Shown here one piece after another: positions 20,714 through 30,697 of a DNA stretch of 64,000 bases. Source of the DNA: Candidatus Eiseniibacteriota bacterium. GTDB taxonomy: Bacteria; Eisenbacteria; RBG-16-71-46. Position 1 is the stretch's first letter, and each line of letters opens with the position of its first letter. Where the stretch lies: NCBI GenBank assembly GCA_963717505.1, contig OY970342.1, forward strand, positions 2,848,001 to 2,912,000, given 5' to 3'. The translations under genes and the position numbers were made by a program. The notes under the pieces were generated by a model that ran no database searches, was not told the origin of the DNA, and saw nothing but the letters and a program-made list of their open reading frames with translations.

Positions 20714-21529
20714 TCAGGGCTTGGTCAGCAGCGCGGCGGTCGGGCTCGGCTCGGGGAAGTGGATCGAGTCCACGACGCGATGGAACGTGTCCAGGTTCTC
20801 CTGCCTGCCCTGGAACGTGGCCTTGAACGCGCAGCCCTTCACCGCCCAGAAGACTTCGTGATAGAGGAGCCGCTCTCCATCGGGGGTGATCAACGTGTCG
20901 TCGCTCGCGAACGCGGGCAGGCCGCCCACCAAGGTGTCGCGCTCGTAGCCGATGCGCCACCACTCGGGATGCTGCATGGTCTCGGGGCGCAGCCGGATGT
21001 GCGGCAGCAGTTCTTCGAGCGTCGGTTCGTACAGAGAGGCCTCGCGATGGGCGGTTTCGAGGTCGGCCGCGACGAAACCCATGCTTCCGGCGAGATAGCT
21101 GTCGGATGCGCCATCGAGCGCCCGATCGACTGCACGCCGGGTTGCCGCATCGCGATCCGAAATCGGTTCGTCGGACCGATAGCGAACGATCGACAGATTG
21201 TGCAGGAACTCGTCTCGGGTGAGGGAGTCGAGCCCCGAGATCAGGAAGGCGATGCCCTCGCGGCGATCGCGTTGGGCGAGCTGGCGATGGGCCGCGACGC
21301 TGATGCACTGTCCGCCGCCGCCTCGGAGGATGAACCGCACACCGACCGTTCCAGCGCCGCCGTCGCCCTGGCGCTCCCACTGGGCGGGAGGTGGCGAGAA
21401 GGCGACCGGCTGCCGGATCCATTCGAACGTCTCGGGCGGCAGCAGAGCCTCGGCACCCGAGGTCTTCCTACCGCAGCCAGGTGCAAGCGCCGTGACGGCG
21501 AGCAGGCAGATGATGGTCAGCCGGTTCAC
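20714..21529 (-). CDS. Hypothetical lipoprotein
   Basis: MNRLTIICLLAVTALAPGC lipoprotein signal; coding-like composition. Confidence 0.7.
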   Translation of the reverse strand: MNRLTIICLLAVTALAPGCGRKTSGAEALLPPETFEWIRQPVAFSPPPAQWERQGDGGAGTVGVRFILRGGGGQCISVAAHRQLAQRDRREGIAFLISGLDSLTRDEFLHNLSIVRYRSDEPISDRDAATRRAVDRALDGASDSYLAGSMGFVAADLETAHREASLYEPTLEELLPHIRLRPETMQHPEWWRIGYERDTLVGGLPAFASDDTLITPDGERLLYHEVFWAVKGCAFKATFQGRQENLDTFHRVVDSIHFPEPSPTAALLTKP

Positions 21530-21583
21530 GCGGTCCGGTATCGGCAGTGTGGCGGCAGCGCTTGATCCGGCCGGATGCGGCGG

Positions 21584-23674
21584 TCAGTTCACGACCACGA
21601 CCGGTCGTGTGTGCTGAAACCGGCCCTGGCGGACCTTGACGAAGTAGATCCCAGGCGAAAGCCGCTCGTCTTTCCCAAGTGTGATCTCGTGTTCGCCGGT
21701 GCCATCGGCTTCTGCGCGCGCAACGCGCCTGCCGGCTGCGTCCAGTAGCTCCACCTGCACCGCCTCGACCGCCCGCGTGGTGAAGCGAACCACCAGCTCG
21801 CCACGCGACGGATTCGGGAAGACCGCATCCAGCGACAGAGTGGGCGGGAGCGACAGTCCCTGAATACCTCCGGGCCACTCGGGGTGAAGGGTCGCGACAT
21901 TGAATCCGGCGGCACAGCTGGGATGCTGCGCATGTCCGAGGCAGCGATAGACCCGGAAGTCGAGGGCATCCTGGATCGTGCCGCTGGCCAACCCCGCACA
22001 ACGTGAGGCCACCACTGCCGTGGTGGAGGGCGGCGGATTCAGGGGGCCACACTGCGATCCCAGTACGGGACAGGTGCCGAGGTCGGCCAGCTCGAGACCC
22101 AGTCGGTTGCCGGTGACGGTCGCGTCGAGCATGCCCGAGACGACGATGCCCATGTCGACTCGAGCCGAGCACGCGAGTGCCGGCCAACCCACCGAGTTGT
22201 CGACGAACGCGGCGCCCCGGCCGATGTCGGTCTGCGCGTTCCAGGCGATTGCCGCCGTTCCCACCAGCATGCCGACGTCGAAGTGGCCATCCCCGGTCCA
22301 GATCCAGTTGTTCTCGAATCGAGTACCGGTGAAATCGTACTGGCGCGACGCCGGGCCGAACATCGGGTCCGCCACCAACGCGGCCCACGCGGCGTGGCCG
22401 GCGCCGAGCACGATATTCCGGCGGGCCACGGACCGCTGCGTCGTGGATGCCGTACCCCGATAGATCACGATCCCAACGTCGGTGGCATCGACGATCTGGT
22501 TGTCCTCGATCAGGGTGTTCTCGCAGGACGTCGAGATGCCATCGACCCAAAGGTCGGGGCCGTCGCGCTTGGAATGGCAGCTGGTGTACTCGGTGATCAG
22601 GTTCTTGCGGATGCTGGTCTGCTCGCACTCGGCGCCGGCGCTCATTCCGTCGGCGAGGATGTTGGTCCAGCCGGCGCTGTGGTTGATGCGGCAGCCGGAG
22701 ACCTCGGACCCCTTGCCGCCGCTGATCGCCACGTTGAGGTCCGGCCGATTCACTTCGATCGGCCCGCGCTGGCCGTCGACCCAGACGTGCTGGAGCTGCG
22801 CGCGGCCGACCGCGACCCCGCCGAAGGCGACGCGATTGAGCAGCACCAGGGCGCCACCGAAATTGCTCCCGCGGACCAGCCGGGCCATGAGCGCGTACTT
22901 GCGGCTGGGAAACCAGGGCCACCCTCCGGATGGGGCCCGAGTTCGCAACACGACGTTGCCTGGTATCACCAGGGTCGAGTGCAGGCGAAACACGGCTTGT
23001 GGGGCCAGCTCGATCGTGGCCGTGCCACCGGGGCCAGCCCGCTGCGATGCGCAGTAGAGGGCGCTCTGCAGGGCGTCGGGGTCGGGAACGTCGGAACGAC
23101 ACTGCCCGTAACTAATGCACACCGCATGGCAGTCGATCACTTCGAACGCCGGCGCCACGAACGGCACATCGATCGCGGGGAACTGCGGTCCCCCAAACCC
23201 GTAGAAATCCTGAGTGCAGATCTTCGGGGCGAGGTTCGAGAACTCGGAGCTGTTGAGCACCCCCTCGAGCACCGCCCACCACGGTGTGGTCCGGTACTGG
23301 CGCAACCGGTCATTGAACTCGACGACCGTCGGTTCGCGGTTGAGTATCCCGCGATAAAGGGTGAGAATTCTCGCGATCGAATCGGCGGTCGTGGCCCCAT
23401 TCCCCTTGGGGTAGTTGGCCGAGTACTCCGCCGGCGGGTGCATGGGAGAGTCGTAGTACTGCCGGGCCCAGGCTCTCAGAAGGTCGGCCGAGCACTCATG
23501 GGCACGGAACATCTGCACCGAGAGTCCAAATCCCGTGGAATCCGGGGCTCGCCCGAGGGCTTCGGTGTAGGTCTTTGCGATGAACTGATGGGGGACGCTT
23601 TCGGCGAGGCAGGGCGCACGGAGGCTGGCGGAGAGCGCCACTGCGAGCATCAACACCGAGCACGATCGTCCCAC
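21584..23674 (-). CDS. Secreted Cys-rich protein: DUF4214-like helical repeats, right-handed beta-helix and CTD
   Basis: YTEALGRAPD and LYRGILNREP repeats; DGIS.SCENTLIEDN.IVDATDVGIV beta-helix; PNP..GIYF C-terminus; GGGGGAG SD before GTG. Confidence 0.75.
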   Translation of the reverse strand: MGRSCSVLMLAVALSASLRAPCLAESVPHQFIAKTYTEALGRAPDSTGFGLSVQMFRAHECSADLLRAWARQYYDSPMHPPAEYSANYPKGNGATTADSIARILTLYRGILNREPTVVEFNDRLRQYRTTPWWAVLEGVLNSSEFSNLAPKICTQDFYGFGGPQFPAIDVPFVAPAFEVIDCHAVCISYGQCRSDVPDPDALQSALYCASQRAGPGGTATIELAPQAVFRLHSTLVIPGNVVLRTRAPSGGWPWFPSRKYALMARLVRGSNFGGALVLLNRVAFGGVAVGRAQLQHVWVDGQRGPIEVNRPDLNVAISGGKGSEVSGCRINHSAGWTNILADGMSAGAECEQTSIRKNLITEYTSCHSKRDGPDLWVDGISTSCENTLIEDNQIVDATDVGIVIYRGTASTTQRSVARRNIVLGAGHAAWAALVADPMFGPASRQYDFTGTRFENNWIWTGDGHFDVGMLVGTAAIAWNAQTDIGRGAAFVDNSVGWPALACSARVDMGIVVSGMLDATVTGNRLGLELADLGTCPVLGSQCGPLNPPPSTTAVVASRCAGLASGTIQDALDFRVYRCLGHAQHPSCAAGFNVATLHPEWPGGIQGLSLPPTLSLDAVFPNPSRGELVVRFTTRAVEAVQVELLDAAGRRVARAEADGTGEHEITLGKDERLSPGIYFVKVRQGRFQHTRPVVVVN

Positions 23675-23699
23675 GCTTGCTCCCCCAGGAGATGACCCG

Positions 23700-26138
23700 G
23701 TGATGGTACCACCTGGTTTGCGCATCAGCGGGCACCGACTTCGTCGTGCGTGCGGTCTCGCACTCCTCGCGCTCGGGGCCGCTCGCGCGTCGGTCGCCCA
23801 GACCATCGATGACAAGCTGTGGGTCACCGACGGACCCGTGTACTCGGTGGTGGCGCGCGCCGGAACCATCTACCTCGGCGGTGATTTCCATCGAGTCGGC
23901 CCCGCGACCGGGACCGCCGTGCCGTTGGACGTTGCGACCGGGGCACTCGCGGCTTCGTTCCCCAAAGTCACGGGCAGGGTCTACGCGGTGGCGTCCGATG
24001 GCAAGGGCGGGTGGTTCCTCGGCGGCAGCTTCTCGCACGTCGGCGGATTCTCGCGCTCCAACCTGGCTCACGTGTCCGCGAGTCTCTCGGTATCGCCCTG
24101 GAGCCCGGGCGCCAACAACGAGGTTCGTGCTCTGGCGGTGACCGGTTCCACGCTGTACCTGGGCGGGAGATTCACCAGCGTCGGTGGACAGTCGCGCAAG
24201 TTTCTCGCGGCGGTCGACGTCACCTCGGGCGCGGTCCGCGCGTGGAACCCGAACATCGGCGGCAACAGCGTCCTGACCCTGGCCACCGGCCCATCGACCG
24301 TGTACGCAGGCGGGATCTTCACCAGTATTGGCGGACTGCCGCGCGGATGCATCGCTGCAATCGATTCGTCGACCGGGACTCCGACCGCCTGGAACCCGAC
24401 CGCCAACAGCAACGTTCTGGCTCTGGCGGTCAGCGGGTCGGCGGTCTATGCGGGAGGGAGCTTCACCCAGATCGGTGGCCAGCCACGCGACTACATCGCG
24501 GCGATCGAGGCCGCGACCGGCAACGTCACGTCGTGGAATCCCGACGCCAATCAATATGTTCATGCCCTGGCAGTGAACGGCGGCACCGTCTACGTCGGGG
24601 GTGCGTTCTCCGCGATCGGCGGACAGGCGAGGGACGGCATCGCGGCGCTCAGCTCCATTACCGGTGCGGCCAGCACCTGGAACCCCGGCGCCAGCGGGCG
24701 AGTGAATGTCCTATTGCCCTCCGGGTCGACGGTCTACGTGGGCGGCGAGTTCTCGACTATCGCCGGACAACCCCGCAGCCGCATTGCCGCCCTGAGCGCA
24801 ACCACGGGCGAGGCGATGCCGACGTGGAACCCGAGCGCCAACAATTCGGTTCTCGCGCTCGCCCTTCATGGGTCCACGTTGTACGCGGGCGGCGGGTTCA
24901 CCAGCATGGGAGGCGAGCGACGCAACTACGTGGCGGCACTCGACTCCGCGACCGGTAGTGCCAAGGCCTGGGATCCCAATGCCAGCGGCCCAGTCCACGT
25001 GCTGTCGGCGCACGGCGCGACGGTCTACGCAGGTGGGTTCTTCAGTTCGATCGGCGGCCAGCCGCGAATGAACCTCGCGGCACTCGATGCCGTCTCAGGT
25101 GCGGCGACGCCCTGGAATCCCGGTGCCAACGACAATGTCTACGCCCTGTCGGTCGTTGGCTCGCGGGTCTACGCGGGCGGCGCATTCACGCAGATCGGCG
25201 GCCAACCACGGAGCCGCATCGCGGCGCTCGACGCCACGACCGGGAGCGCGACCAGCTGGGACCCGAGCGCTGATGGCGTGGTTCTGACTCTGGCCGCGGG
25301 CGGATCGACCCTCTACGCCGGTGGCGAGTTCACGACCATCGGTGGGCACGTGCGAAACAACATCGCAGCACTCGATACCTCGAACGGGCTGGCCACGGCC
25401 TGGGATCCCGCAGCCAGCGCCCGAGTCGAAGCGCTGGCCGTGGGTGGTGTGATCGTATACGTGGGCGGGCATTTCGTGAGCATCGGCAACCAGTCGCGGA
25501 ACCGCATCGCCGCTGTCGATACCAGGACCGGAAGCGTAACGGGATGGAACCCGAATGCACATGACTATGTGCTCGCATTGGCGGTGGATGGCTCTTCGGT
25601 CTACGCCGGCGGAGTGTTCAGCGGTGTCGGGGCCGAGGTCCGCAATCGCGTCGCAGCGTTGAGTCGGGCGACCGGGCTGGCCACCGAATGGAATCCCAAC
25701 GTCGGCGGTGGCAGCCCGTTCGTGTTCACCCGGGTGAGTGCCTTCGCGGCGAGCGGGGCGACGATGTACGTCGGCGGGGACTTCACCAGCATCGGCGGCC
25801 TGCCGCAGTCGGGCATCGTCGCCATCGAGGCGGCACCCGTGGTCGGTGTGCCCGTAGTGTCGGATGCGGGGCGGATTCTGCTCGGGCTCGAGAACGCTCC
25901 CAATCCGTTTCGTATCGCGACCACCATCCGCTACGCGCTTCCGAACGCGGCTCAGGTGCGCATGGACCTGTTCGACCTGGCGGGTCGCCGGGTCGAGACC
26001 CTGGTGCGCGACGTGTGGACGCCACCCGGTGCCCACGTGGTCGAGTTTCGACCCGCGGGCCTTCCCAGCGGGGTTTATCTCTGCCGGCTCGAGGTGGGCG
26101 GCGAGATCGTGACGAAACGGATGGTGGTGGTCGACTGA
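23700..26138 (+). CDS. Secreted beta-propeller repeat protein with CTD
   Basis: About 14 repeats of ~49 aa (W[ND]P.A...V.ALA..G.T.Y.GG.F..IGG..R..IAA.D...G); PNPF..GVY C-terminus. Confidence 0.88.
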   Translation: MMVPPGLRISGHRLRRACGLALLALGAARASVAQTIDDKLWVTDGPVYSVVARAGTIYLGGDFHRVGPATGTAVPLDVATGALAASFPKVTGRVYAVASDGKGGWFLGGSFSHVGGFSRSNLAHVSASLSVSPWSPGANNEVRALAVTGSTLYLGGRFTSVGGQSRKFLAAVDVTSGAVRAWNPNIGGNSVLTLATGPSTVYAGGIFTSIGGLPRGCIAAIDSSTGTPTAWNPTANSNVLALAVSGSAVYAGGSFTQIGGQPRDYIAAIEAATGNVTSWNPDANQYVHALAVNGGTVYVGGAFSAIGGQARDGIAALSSITGAASTWNPGASGRVNVLLPSGSTVYVGGEFSTIAGQPRSRIAALSATTGEAMPTWNPSANNSVLALALHGSTLYAGGGFTSMGGERRNYVAALDSATGSAKAWDPNASGPVHVLSAHGATVYAGGFFSSIGGQPRMNLAALDAVSGAATPWNPGANDNVYALSVVGSRVYAGGAFTQIGGQPRSRIAALDATTGSATSWDPSADGVVLTLAAGGSTLYAGGEFTTIGGHVRNNIAALDTSNGLATAWDPAASARVEALAVGGVIVYVGGHFVSIGNQSRNRIAAVDTRTGSVTGWNPNAHDYVLALAVDGSSVYAGGVFSGVGAEVRNRVAALSRATGLATEWNPNVGGGSPFVFTRVSAFAASGATMYVGGDFTSIGGLPQSGIVAIEAAPVVGVPVVSDAGRILLGLENAPNPFRIATTIRYALPNAAQVRMDLFDLAGRRVETLVRDVWTPPGAHVVEFRPAGLPSGVYLCRLEVGGEIVTKRMVVVD

Positions 26139-26241
26139 GCCGAGAGACCCCAAGTGACCTGGTCGAACAAGGTTCAATCGTGCTGCGCGCGTACCGATAG
26201 GTATCTGGACGACTTCTGGCCCGGACTTTCGGAGGTGCGGA

Positions 26242-26763
26242 GTGGCTCGGCTGGCGAAGGTGGGCATCGTGGTGGGTGGCTATGTCGCGGCTGTGATTGC
26301 CGCGGTGATCGCGGCTCAGCTCTACAACGCACGCATGGCCGCCATGCCGTACGACACTTCGGGCGGCATGTATGCCGGCGGCGAGGCGATCACCTCGCTG
26401 GCGGTGTTCCTGATGGTCGCGCTGGTGCCGACCCTGCTGGCGCTCTGGTTCCTGCGTGGCAATGAGAGATTCTGGAACACGGTGGCGGTGGCGTCGCTCG
26501 TGTTTGCCGTCGTCGGGTTCGTGGCGGTCCTCAGCCCCATGGTGCTCCAGAATGCGACTCGATCCATCGCTGGCCTGATCATGGAACTGGTGAGGGTCTC
26601 GCACCTGTTGGGGGCGCCGTTCTGGTTTGTGGCCTTCGTCCTGTTCGCCTTCCTCGCCCCCTCCCGACTGGCCCGGCGCACGCTGGTGGCGGCGATCGGC
26701 GTCGAGTTCGTGACCGGGGTCTGTGTTGCCGTGCATTGGTTCCTGCCCCGACCCCCCTGGTGA
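26242..26763 (+). CDS. Hypothetical membrane protein (about 5 TM)
   Basis: Hydrophobic 173 aa ORF with a SGGMYAGGE loop; GGAGG upstream. Confidence 0.75.
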   Translation: MARLAKVGIVVGGYVAAVIAAVIAAQLYNARMAAMPYDTSGGMYAGGEAITSLAVFLMVALVPTLLALWFLRGNERFWNTVAVASLVFAVVGFVAVLSPMVLQNATRSIAGLIMELVRVSHLLGAPFWFVAFVLFAFLAPSRLARRTLVAAIGVEFVTGVCVAVHWFLPRPPW

Positions 26764-26801
26764 GGCGCAGTCCCATGGCCTCCAGTTCGCAAAAAATGAA
26801 C

Positions 26802-26829
26802 TTGACTTTAGGATTCGGTTATTGAAAAT
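26802..26829 (+). promoter_or_regulatory. Putative sigma70 promoter of the DUF2089 operon
   Basis: TTGACT-16 nt-TGAAAAT in an AT-rich patch, ending 6 nt before the ATG. Confidence 0.5.
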
Positions 26830-26835
26830 CGATGT

Positions 26836-27189
26836 ATGCCTCAGCAGATCGTAGGTAGACGCAGACGGCCCCTTGAAGAATCCGGGCGCTGGGCCCACCT
26901 CCTGGACGGTGAGGACCTCGCCTTCCTCAAGCGATTTCTACTGGCCTCCGGCTCGCAGAAGGACTTGGCCCAAACCTATGGTGTGAGCTATCCCACCATC
27001 CGGCTTCGGCTTACGCGTCTGATCGAAAAAGTTCGAGTGCTCGACGATCAGGAGATTGCCAGTGAGTTCGAGCGTGTGCTGCGCTCCCAGTTCGCCGAGG
27101 GAAAGCTCGACATGACCACCCTCACAACCCTGCTCACCGCTCATCGAGCGGAGCTCGAGGACCATGAGACTCCTAACCGCCCTGCTTAG
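26836..27189 (+). CDS. DUF2089-family HTH regulator
   Basis: L..EDL.FLKRFLLASGS.KDLA..YGVSYPTIRLRL. Confidence 0.88.
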   Translation: MPQQIVGRRRRPLEESGRWAHLLDGEDLAFLKRFLLASGSQKDLAQTYGVSYPTIRLRLTRLIEKVRVLDDQEIASEFERVLRSQFAEGKLDMTTLTTLLTAHRAELEDHETPNRPA

Positions 27190-28012
27190 TGCCGTCTTGC
27201 TGACGTCCACTGCCCGAGCCGAGCAGATCCTCCGCTCAGTGGAGTGGACGGAGCTGAGCCTAGCCAGCCAGTTGCAGAGCGGGCGAATCACGGCCGAAGA
27301 CGAGCTCGAACTCGAATCGGGCACGCCAACGACCCTAACTATCTTCGAACTCTCGGGTCCCGGGATTACCTCACCGGTCTTTGCCCTCATCGGGGAAGTG
27401 CGCTGCGACCAACTCGGCGGCCAGGGCTATCTCGAGATGTGGAGTCATTTCGGGGAAGAGGCCTATTTCAGCCGCACCTTGGGTCGCGGACCCGTGGCGC
27501 CGCTCGCGGGAACTTCGAACTGGAGGCCGTTCGTGGTCCCCTTCAACAATCGTCCAGAGAGTCCGCCTCCGGATCGAATATCGTTCGGTGTCCATCATCC
27601 GGGAGGGGGAAGGGTTCTGCTGCGTTCGGTGCAGCTGGTGCAGTACGCCCCAAGCGAAGATCCATTGCGCTCCAAGGGTCAGTGGTGGTCGGAGCGCCAG
27701 GCAGGATGGCTGGGCGGGACCGCGGGCTCTTTGGTCGGTGCTCTCGGCGCGCTGATCGGCGTACTCGCGAGCGCCGGAAAAGGACGCCGTGTCGCCTTCG
27801 GCGCCCTTCGCATGATGCAGGCGATCGGTGCCATCGCACTGGTGTCGGGCGTCGTGGCCGTCGTACGGGCTCAGCCCTACGCCGTGTTCTATCCACTTCT
27901 CCTGGTCGGCGTTCTCGCCTCGGTATTGCCGCTCACGCTGGCGCCGACGCTGCGAAAACGCTTCGAAGACTCCGAGCTACGCCGGATGTCCGCGCTCGAT
28001 GCGGGGAAGTGA
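27164..28012 (+). CDS. Hypothetical protein with an extracytoplasmic domain and 3 C-terminal TM helices
   Basis: Signal peptide; GYLEMWSHF..YFSRTL; ELRRM.A.D ending; overlaps the DUF2089 gene. Confidence 0.75.
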   Translation: MRLLTALLSAVLLTSTARAEQILRSVEWTELSLASQLQSGRITAEDELELESGTPTTLTIFELSGPGITSPVFALIGEVRCDQLGGQGYLEMWSHFGEEAYFSRTLGRGPVAPLAGTSNWRPFVVPFNNRPESPPPDRISFGVHHPGGGRVLLRSVQLVQYAPSEDPLRSKGQWWSERQAGWLGGTAGSLVGALGALIGVLASAGKGRRVAFGALRMMQAIGAIALVSGVVAVVRAQPYAVFYPLLLVGVLASVLPLTLAPTLRKRFEDSELRRMSALDAGK

Positions 28013-28138
28013 GAACGCCGTCGACAAGTTGACTTGACCGAGGGTCGTCGAGGAGTAGTAGCATTTCCCACAGCCTGAGCCTCGTCGGACCGCCACGTGC
28101 GCCGCACCTCTGGCGCCGCGGCACGGGAGGACTTGCTC

Positions 28139-30697
28139 GTGCACCCTCGCTCATCGGCATCACAGGCTGGTGTTTCTCTGGGCCGGATCCTCAAGTCCCG
28201 GATTGCGGTGGCCATCGCATTGCTGGGCCTGCTGCCCGCTTGGCGCCATGCGCGGGCCTCCGATGGCTTCGGACCAAAGACGGATTTCCCGGCCGGAACG
28301 GGTCCCAATCAGGTCGGGACCGGCGACTTGAACGCCGATGGCAAGCTGGACCTGGTCGTCGCGAACAACATATCTCCCGGGGCCGTCTCGGTCCTGCTCG
28401 GCGACGGCGCCGGTGGGTTCGGCACGAATACCGCATTCGTTACTGGCGACGGATCCTCGTCGGTGGCGATCGGGGATCTGGACTTCGACGGCAAGCCCGA
28501 TCTGGCCGTGACGAATCACCTGTCCGCCAGCGTTTCGGTGTTGATCAACAACACGCCTGCCGGCGGGGCAACACCCTCGTTCACGCGGATCATCCCCGAC
28601 TTCCAGACCGGAGACGGTCCGAACGAGGTCGCCATCGGCGACATGAACCGAGACGGCAAGCCCGACCTGGTGACGGTGAATTCCTTTGCCGGGACGGTCT
28701 CGGTGCTGATCAACGCCACGCCGGTCGGAGGCCCCGCGGACTTCCTGAGATTGAACCCCGATGCCGCGGCTGCGAACGGCCCCACTTCGGTTGCGATCGG
28801 GGACCTGGACCGCAACGGCATGCTCGACCTGGCGGTCGCGAACCATTTGTCCAACGATGTTTCCGTGCTGCTGGGCAATGGGGACGGCACCTTCGGGCCG
28901 CACAGCGAGTTCGGGATTGGTCCCGAGTGCTACTCGGTCGCCATCGGCGACCTCAACCGCGACGGCATTCCGGATCTGGCGACCGCCAGTTACGCGACCC
29001 AGAGCATTTCGGTGCTGATCGGCAATGGTGACGGGACTTTCGGTGCCAGGAGCGACATCGCCACCGGTAGCCCCTCCACCGCAATCGCGATCGGGGACCT
29101 GAACCAGGACGGCAAGCTCGACCTTGCCGTGACCCACGATGTGCCCCTGGTCTCGGTGCTGCTCGGCGTCGGAAACGGCACGTTCGGATCCCACGCCGAT
29201 TTCACGACCGGGGATGTCCCCACTTGGGTCGCCGTCGGCGATGTCGACAGGGAGGGCCGGCTCGATCTCGTGGTCGCCAACGCGAGTTCCGCCACGGTCT
29301 CAGTGCTGCTCAACAACCTGTCCCAGGAAACGGGACCTCTTGCGTTCGTGAATACCGCGCCGCCCGTGGGACCAGGGAGTCTTCCGATAGACGTTGCCAT
29401 TGGCGACCTGAATCGCGATGGGAAGCTCGACCTGGCCGTCGGCAGCGCACAGTCGCGCATTGTTTCCGTGCTGCTCGGGGACGGCGAAGGCGCGTTTTCC
29501 CCGTACAGCATCTTCGGGACCGGCGGGGAATCGTACTCGGTCGCGATTGGCGACCTGAATCTCGATGGCAAGCCGGACTTGGTCACGGCGAACGCCTTCT
29601 ACAACACAGTGTCGGTTCTGCTCGGGAACGGGGACGGCACGTTCGGGCCCTATGGCGATTTTCCGGTCGGGAACTTCCCGTACTCGGTGGCCATCGGGGA
29701 CGTGAATCGTGACGGCATTCCGGATGTCGCCGTGGCCAACCAAAGCGCAAGCACCGTCTCGGTACTGCTCGGGATTGGGAGTGGCACACTGGGCTTGAAC
29801 ATCGATTACGAGACTGGAGCGTCGCCGTATGCGATCGCGATCGCGGATCTGAATGTCGACGGCAAGCCCGACTTGATGAGCGCCAACATCGAGGCGAGCA
29901 CCGTCTCGGTGCTGCTCGGGAACGGGGACGGCAGCTTCGCGCCGAAGGAGGACTTCGCGACCGGTTTCGAACCTTCCTCTGTGGCCGTCGGCGACCTGAA
30001 CGGCGACGGCCGGCCCGACTTGGCCGTGGCAAACTCCAACGCTCCGGGCATCACCTACACGCTCTCGGTACTGCTCAACACCACGCCGCCGGGAACCGCA
30101 CCCGCTACATTCTCGCCCCAGAGCGAATTGCCGAGCGAGAGGACGTATTCGGTTGCGATCGGCGACCTGAATGGCGATGGCAAGCTCGATCTCGCGACGG
30201 CGAACTTGTCCCCGTCCATTTCGGTGCTGACGGGTTTCGGAGACGGCTCGTTCGCTCTACCCAACGATTTCCCTGGCTGGAGCAGCTTCAAGACGGTCGC
30301 GCTCGGGGACCTGAACCGAGACGGCAGGCTCGACGTTGCCGCCTCGACGTTTGGCAGTGATGTGGTATCCGTTCATCTGAACACGACTCCGACGGTCGAC
30401 GCGCCCGCCGGAGCAATCCCTTCCGAGTTCGTGCTCGGACCGTTGATCCCGAACCCGAGTCATGGGGAGATACGCGTGCCGTTTGCGTTGCCGCGGGAGA
30501 TGAACGTTCGAGTCAGCGTGCTCGACGTGGCGGGCCGAAGCGTTGCGCTGTTGGCGGACGGCGTCCTTCCCGCGGGGCGACACGAGGTCGAATGGGGTGG
30601 CGCCGGGCAGGAAGGTCAGGCGCCGTCGGGAATCTACTTCGTGTGCTACCAAGGCAACGGCAAGACGTTCGTCCGCCGGTTCGTGATGGTGCGGTGA
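28139..30697 (+). CDS. Secreted FG-GAP/VCBS repeat protein with CTD
   Basis: 14 GD[LV]NxDGxxD repeats (2 x 7); PNPS..GIYF C-terminus; GGGAGG SD before GTG. Confidence 0.92.
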   Translation: MHPRSSASQAGVSLGRILKSRIAVAIALLGLLPAWRHARASDGFGPKTDFPAGTGPNQVGTGDLNADGKLDLVVANNISPGAVSVLLGDGAGGFGTNTAFVTGDGSSSVAIGDLDFDGKPDLAVTNHLSASVSVLINNTPAGGATPSFTRIIPDFQTGDGPNEVAIGDMNRDGKPDLVTVNSFAGTVSVLINATPVGGPADFLRLNPDAAAANGPTSVAIGDLDRNGMLDLAVANHLSNDVSVLLGNGDGTFGPHSEFGIGPECYSVAIGDLNRDGIPDLATASYATQSISVLIGNGDGTFGARSDIATGSPSTAIAIGDLNQDGKLDLAVTHDVPLVSVLLGVGNGTFGSHADFTTGDVPTWVAVGDVDREGRLDLVVANASSATVSVLLNNLSQETGPLAFVNTAPPVGPGSLPIDVAIGDLNRDGKLDLAVGSAQSRIVSVLLGDGEGAFSPYSIFGTGGESYSVAIGDLNLDGKPDLVTANAFYNTVSVLLGNGDGTFGPYGDFPVGNFPYSVAIGDVNRDGIPDVAVANQSASTVSVLLGIGSGTLGLNIDYETGASPYAIAIADLNVDGKPDLMSANIEASTVSVLLGNGDGSFAPKEDFATGFEPSSVAVGDLNGDGRPDLAVANSNAPGITYTLSVLLNTTPPGTAPATFSPQSELPSERTYSVAIGDLNGDGKLDLATANLSPSISVLTGFGDGSFALPNDFPGWSSFKTVALGDLNRDGRLDVAASTFGSDVVSVHLNTTPTVDAPAGAIPSEFVLGPLIPNPSHGEIRVPFALPREMNVRVSVLDVAGRSVALLADGVLPAGRHEVEWGGAGQEGQAPSGIYFVCYQGNGKTFVRRFVMVR

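Noticed and set aside
23800-30400. Tandem DNA repeats in 23.8-25.8 kb and 28.3-30.4 kb
   Set aside because: Explained by protein-level propeller and FG-GAP repeats with synonymous divergence.
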